From Antedon mediterranea (lineage: Eukaryota; Animalia; Echinodermata), in the NCBI RefSeq assembly GCF_964355755.1, contig NC_092676.1, positions 17,440,871 through 17,504,870 of the forward strand: 64,000 bases of DNA. The letters run 5' to 3'. The notes below the pieces were generated by a model, which worked only from the letters and a program-made list of their open reading frames with translations, was not told where the DNA came from and did not search any database. Every line of letters begins with the position of its first letter. The first letter of the stretch is position 1. Below are positions 62,201 through 64,000 of this stretch, in pieces. The translations under genes and the position numbers were made by a program.

Positions 62201-63922
62201 AAACCGTAGTAATCTTTTAACAAAATACAGTAAAAACTCAAAACAATAGTATGCACCGCAAACCTGGTCACTAATATAGTACTACAACCAAGGCAACCTA
62301 ACAACAGGATGCTGAGCTCCGGAGATAAACGAGTTTATATGTGGCAGTCAACTTTGTGAATGATTTTCGATTGGCAATATTGGCTTCCTCAAATGTTTGG
62401 TTAGGAGACACCTCGTCGCGGAGAATATAATGTTATACATGGTTTTTGTCAAATGTCTTTTCTTTTGTAAATCCATAGCATTTCAGTGTTTTCTGTGATT
62501 TGTGAATATTTGAATAAATAAATACGTACATCAAATTAAAAAGCACTGTTTTAAGTGCGCTGTTGCTTCAACAGCTTTGGTGTTATAAAATGTCTTCCTC
62601 AATCATTAAAAAAGGCAAATTTTACATTTTATTCTAATCCTGACTTACTTTATGACATGATGTATCAATACAAGGCAGATTATTCAGAGGCAATCCATCC
62701 GTGTCGATATCAACTTCACAAAACACTCCATTACCAGCAAAGCCATCATTGCACTGCAAAAAAATTAAAAAAACATTTGGAAAATGATGAAGATTATTTA
62801 AACTTCCTGATGACAAATTCTACGTGAGATTTCTTTCTATTTCATTCTATTGTTTTTTTTTTATTCCAATACATACATTTTAATATTCTCACTCAATTTG
62901 AATGGAAGGCAGTGGCTAGTGTAATCAGTACCAGTTTTAACAACAATTCCACAAATGTTGCTACATTCATATTAAATAATAAAATCAGTGAAATGTTCTG
63001 TAATTGTTGATTTAAGTGATGTATAAAACAATTTTTTTTCAAATTATCTGAAGGAAGTACTGTACAAGAGTAACAAATATCACATTTGGTGACCATGGTG
63101 ACCATCTTGTGACCAATCTCTTACCTCACAGACAAATTTGCCAGCACCTGTAGACGTGCACGTGGCATTGTCATGGCAGTTTGCTACGCCTGTTGCACAG
63201 TAATCTCCTTCAGTGCATCCAATATAGCCGTTACCAAGATAACCAGATGGACAGTAACTGCAATAATAACTTCCCTAAAATTTAAAAGGAAACACCCACA
63301 TTGACTGTATTATAGTGTCTACAGATAAAATGATAACTTTACAAACAAAACATCCCTTTATCACTGAATAAATTGTCAACTTACTGCAGTGTTGACACAT
63401 TCTGACAATGGGTCACAAAAATGGTTTCCAGTTTCACATTCATCTAAGTCAATACATTCCTAAAAAAAAGAAGTGAAAAAATGAATACAAAAATAATCAG
63501 CTCAAGTAGGTGCTAAACAATGACTTTGTTTGTATTATCCGATGTTCATTTGGTAGGCCTATACAGTTTTTACAGGACTGATGATAATAATGAATTATAA
63601 AACAGGTTCAGTTACTTTATTCTGTGGTTTCCTGCAGCGACAATATTGAATTTACTACAAGCAGTTGGGCTCTTTTTTACTTACTTTCTGCTTCAGAAAT
63701 GCTCAAACAACTTCATTCTTAGTTTCACTTTACTATATAATTTAACTTCACGTTGTATACTTAGCTAAAAATAATTCTTACTTGTTGATTATTAATGGCA
63801 TCTTCAAGGCCAATACCATGAGGGGTTACACCAGAGTAGCCTGGAGGGCATCCACCACACTCATAACCTGGATCTAAGTCAATACAAGAACCAGCATCCC
63901 AACAAGGTGTAGCTAGTGTACA
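56238..63922 (-). CDS. Thrombospondin-superfamily protein, 3' portion: EGF repeats, type-3 Ca-binding repeats, TSP C-terminal L-lectin domain, extra C-terminal LamG/ConA-like domain (mega-TSP-like); 5' end lies beyond the right edge
   Basis: 18 phase-consistent exons: 63782-63922, 63385-63459, 63125-63274, 62649-62753, 62067-62174, 61736-61895, 61180-61363, 60838-60923, 60438-60712, 59976-60212, 59265-59437, 58820-58963, 58407-58592, 58039-58136, 57537-57616, 57145-57222, 56715-56841, 56238-56404. Motifs: [83 protein letters not shown]. Confidence 0.93.
57865..58012 (-). mobile_element. Partial SINE (tRNA-like head plus core) of the 8891/27355 family
   Basis: The minus strand begins gcgagtggccgaacggttaagac (A-box-like); the ttatccgaga core is present. 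Confidence 0.45.
59752..59895 (-). mobile_element. Internally deleted SINE of the 8891/27355 family
   Basis: cagtggctg..actaatacacc..ggtaacccctact..tctcgaaag is shared with 8974-9026; B-box-like ggttcgag on the minus strand. Confidence 0.5.
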
Positions 63923-64000
63923 CTAAGAAAAGAAAGTGAAATATGAACACTGTATTAGCATTCAATACAGTTTGTTGTAGCAAAATTTTCTCTTAAAAAT

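Overview
This is an AT-rich, intron-containing invertebrate animal window; an echinoderm-like origin is only an impression from the repeat content. I rebuilt the gene models by hand from splice sites and reading phases. From left to right: (1) GNPTAB on the minus strand, with its 3' end outside the window; (2) a head-to-head single-exon PGAP4/TMEM246 homologue; (3) TXNL4A/Dim1 with an intronless CDS; (4) a short R-SNARE (VAMP/brevin); (5) three intact tandem 7-exon clan-2 cytochrome P450 genes; (6) the 3' part of an atypical thrombospondin-superfamily gene (EGF, type-3 repeats, TSP C-terminal domain, an extra LamG-like domain, ending [15 protein letters not shown]). Introns and intergenic DNA hold many non-autonomous transposons: a foldback element, Helentron-associated (HINE/DINE-1-like) elements including a nested pair, a hAT element, MITEs, tRNA-derived SINEs and a LINE relic. 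The most notable observations are the predicted furin-removable ER-retrieval tail on the thrombospondin-like protein, the nested HINEs with matched terminal keys, the foldback element, the repeat-expanded GNPTAB spacer and the exon-by-exon mosaicism of the P450 copies. No CRISPR or prokaryotic system is present.
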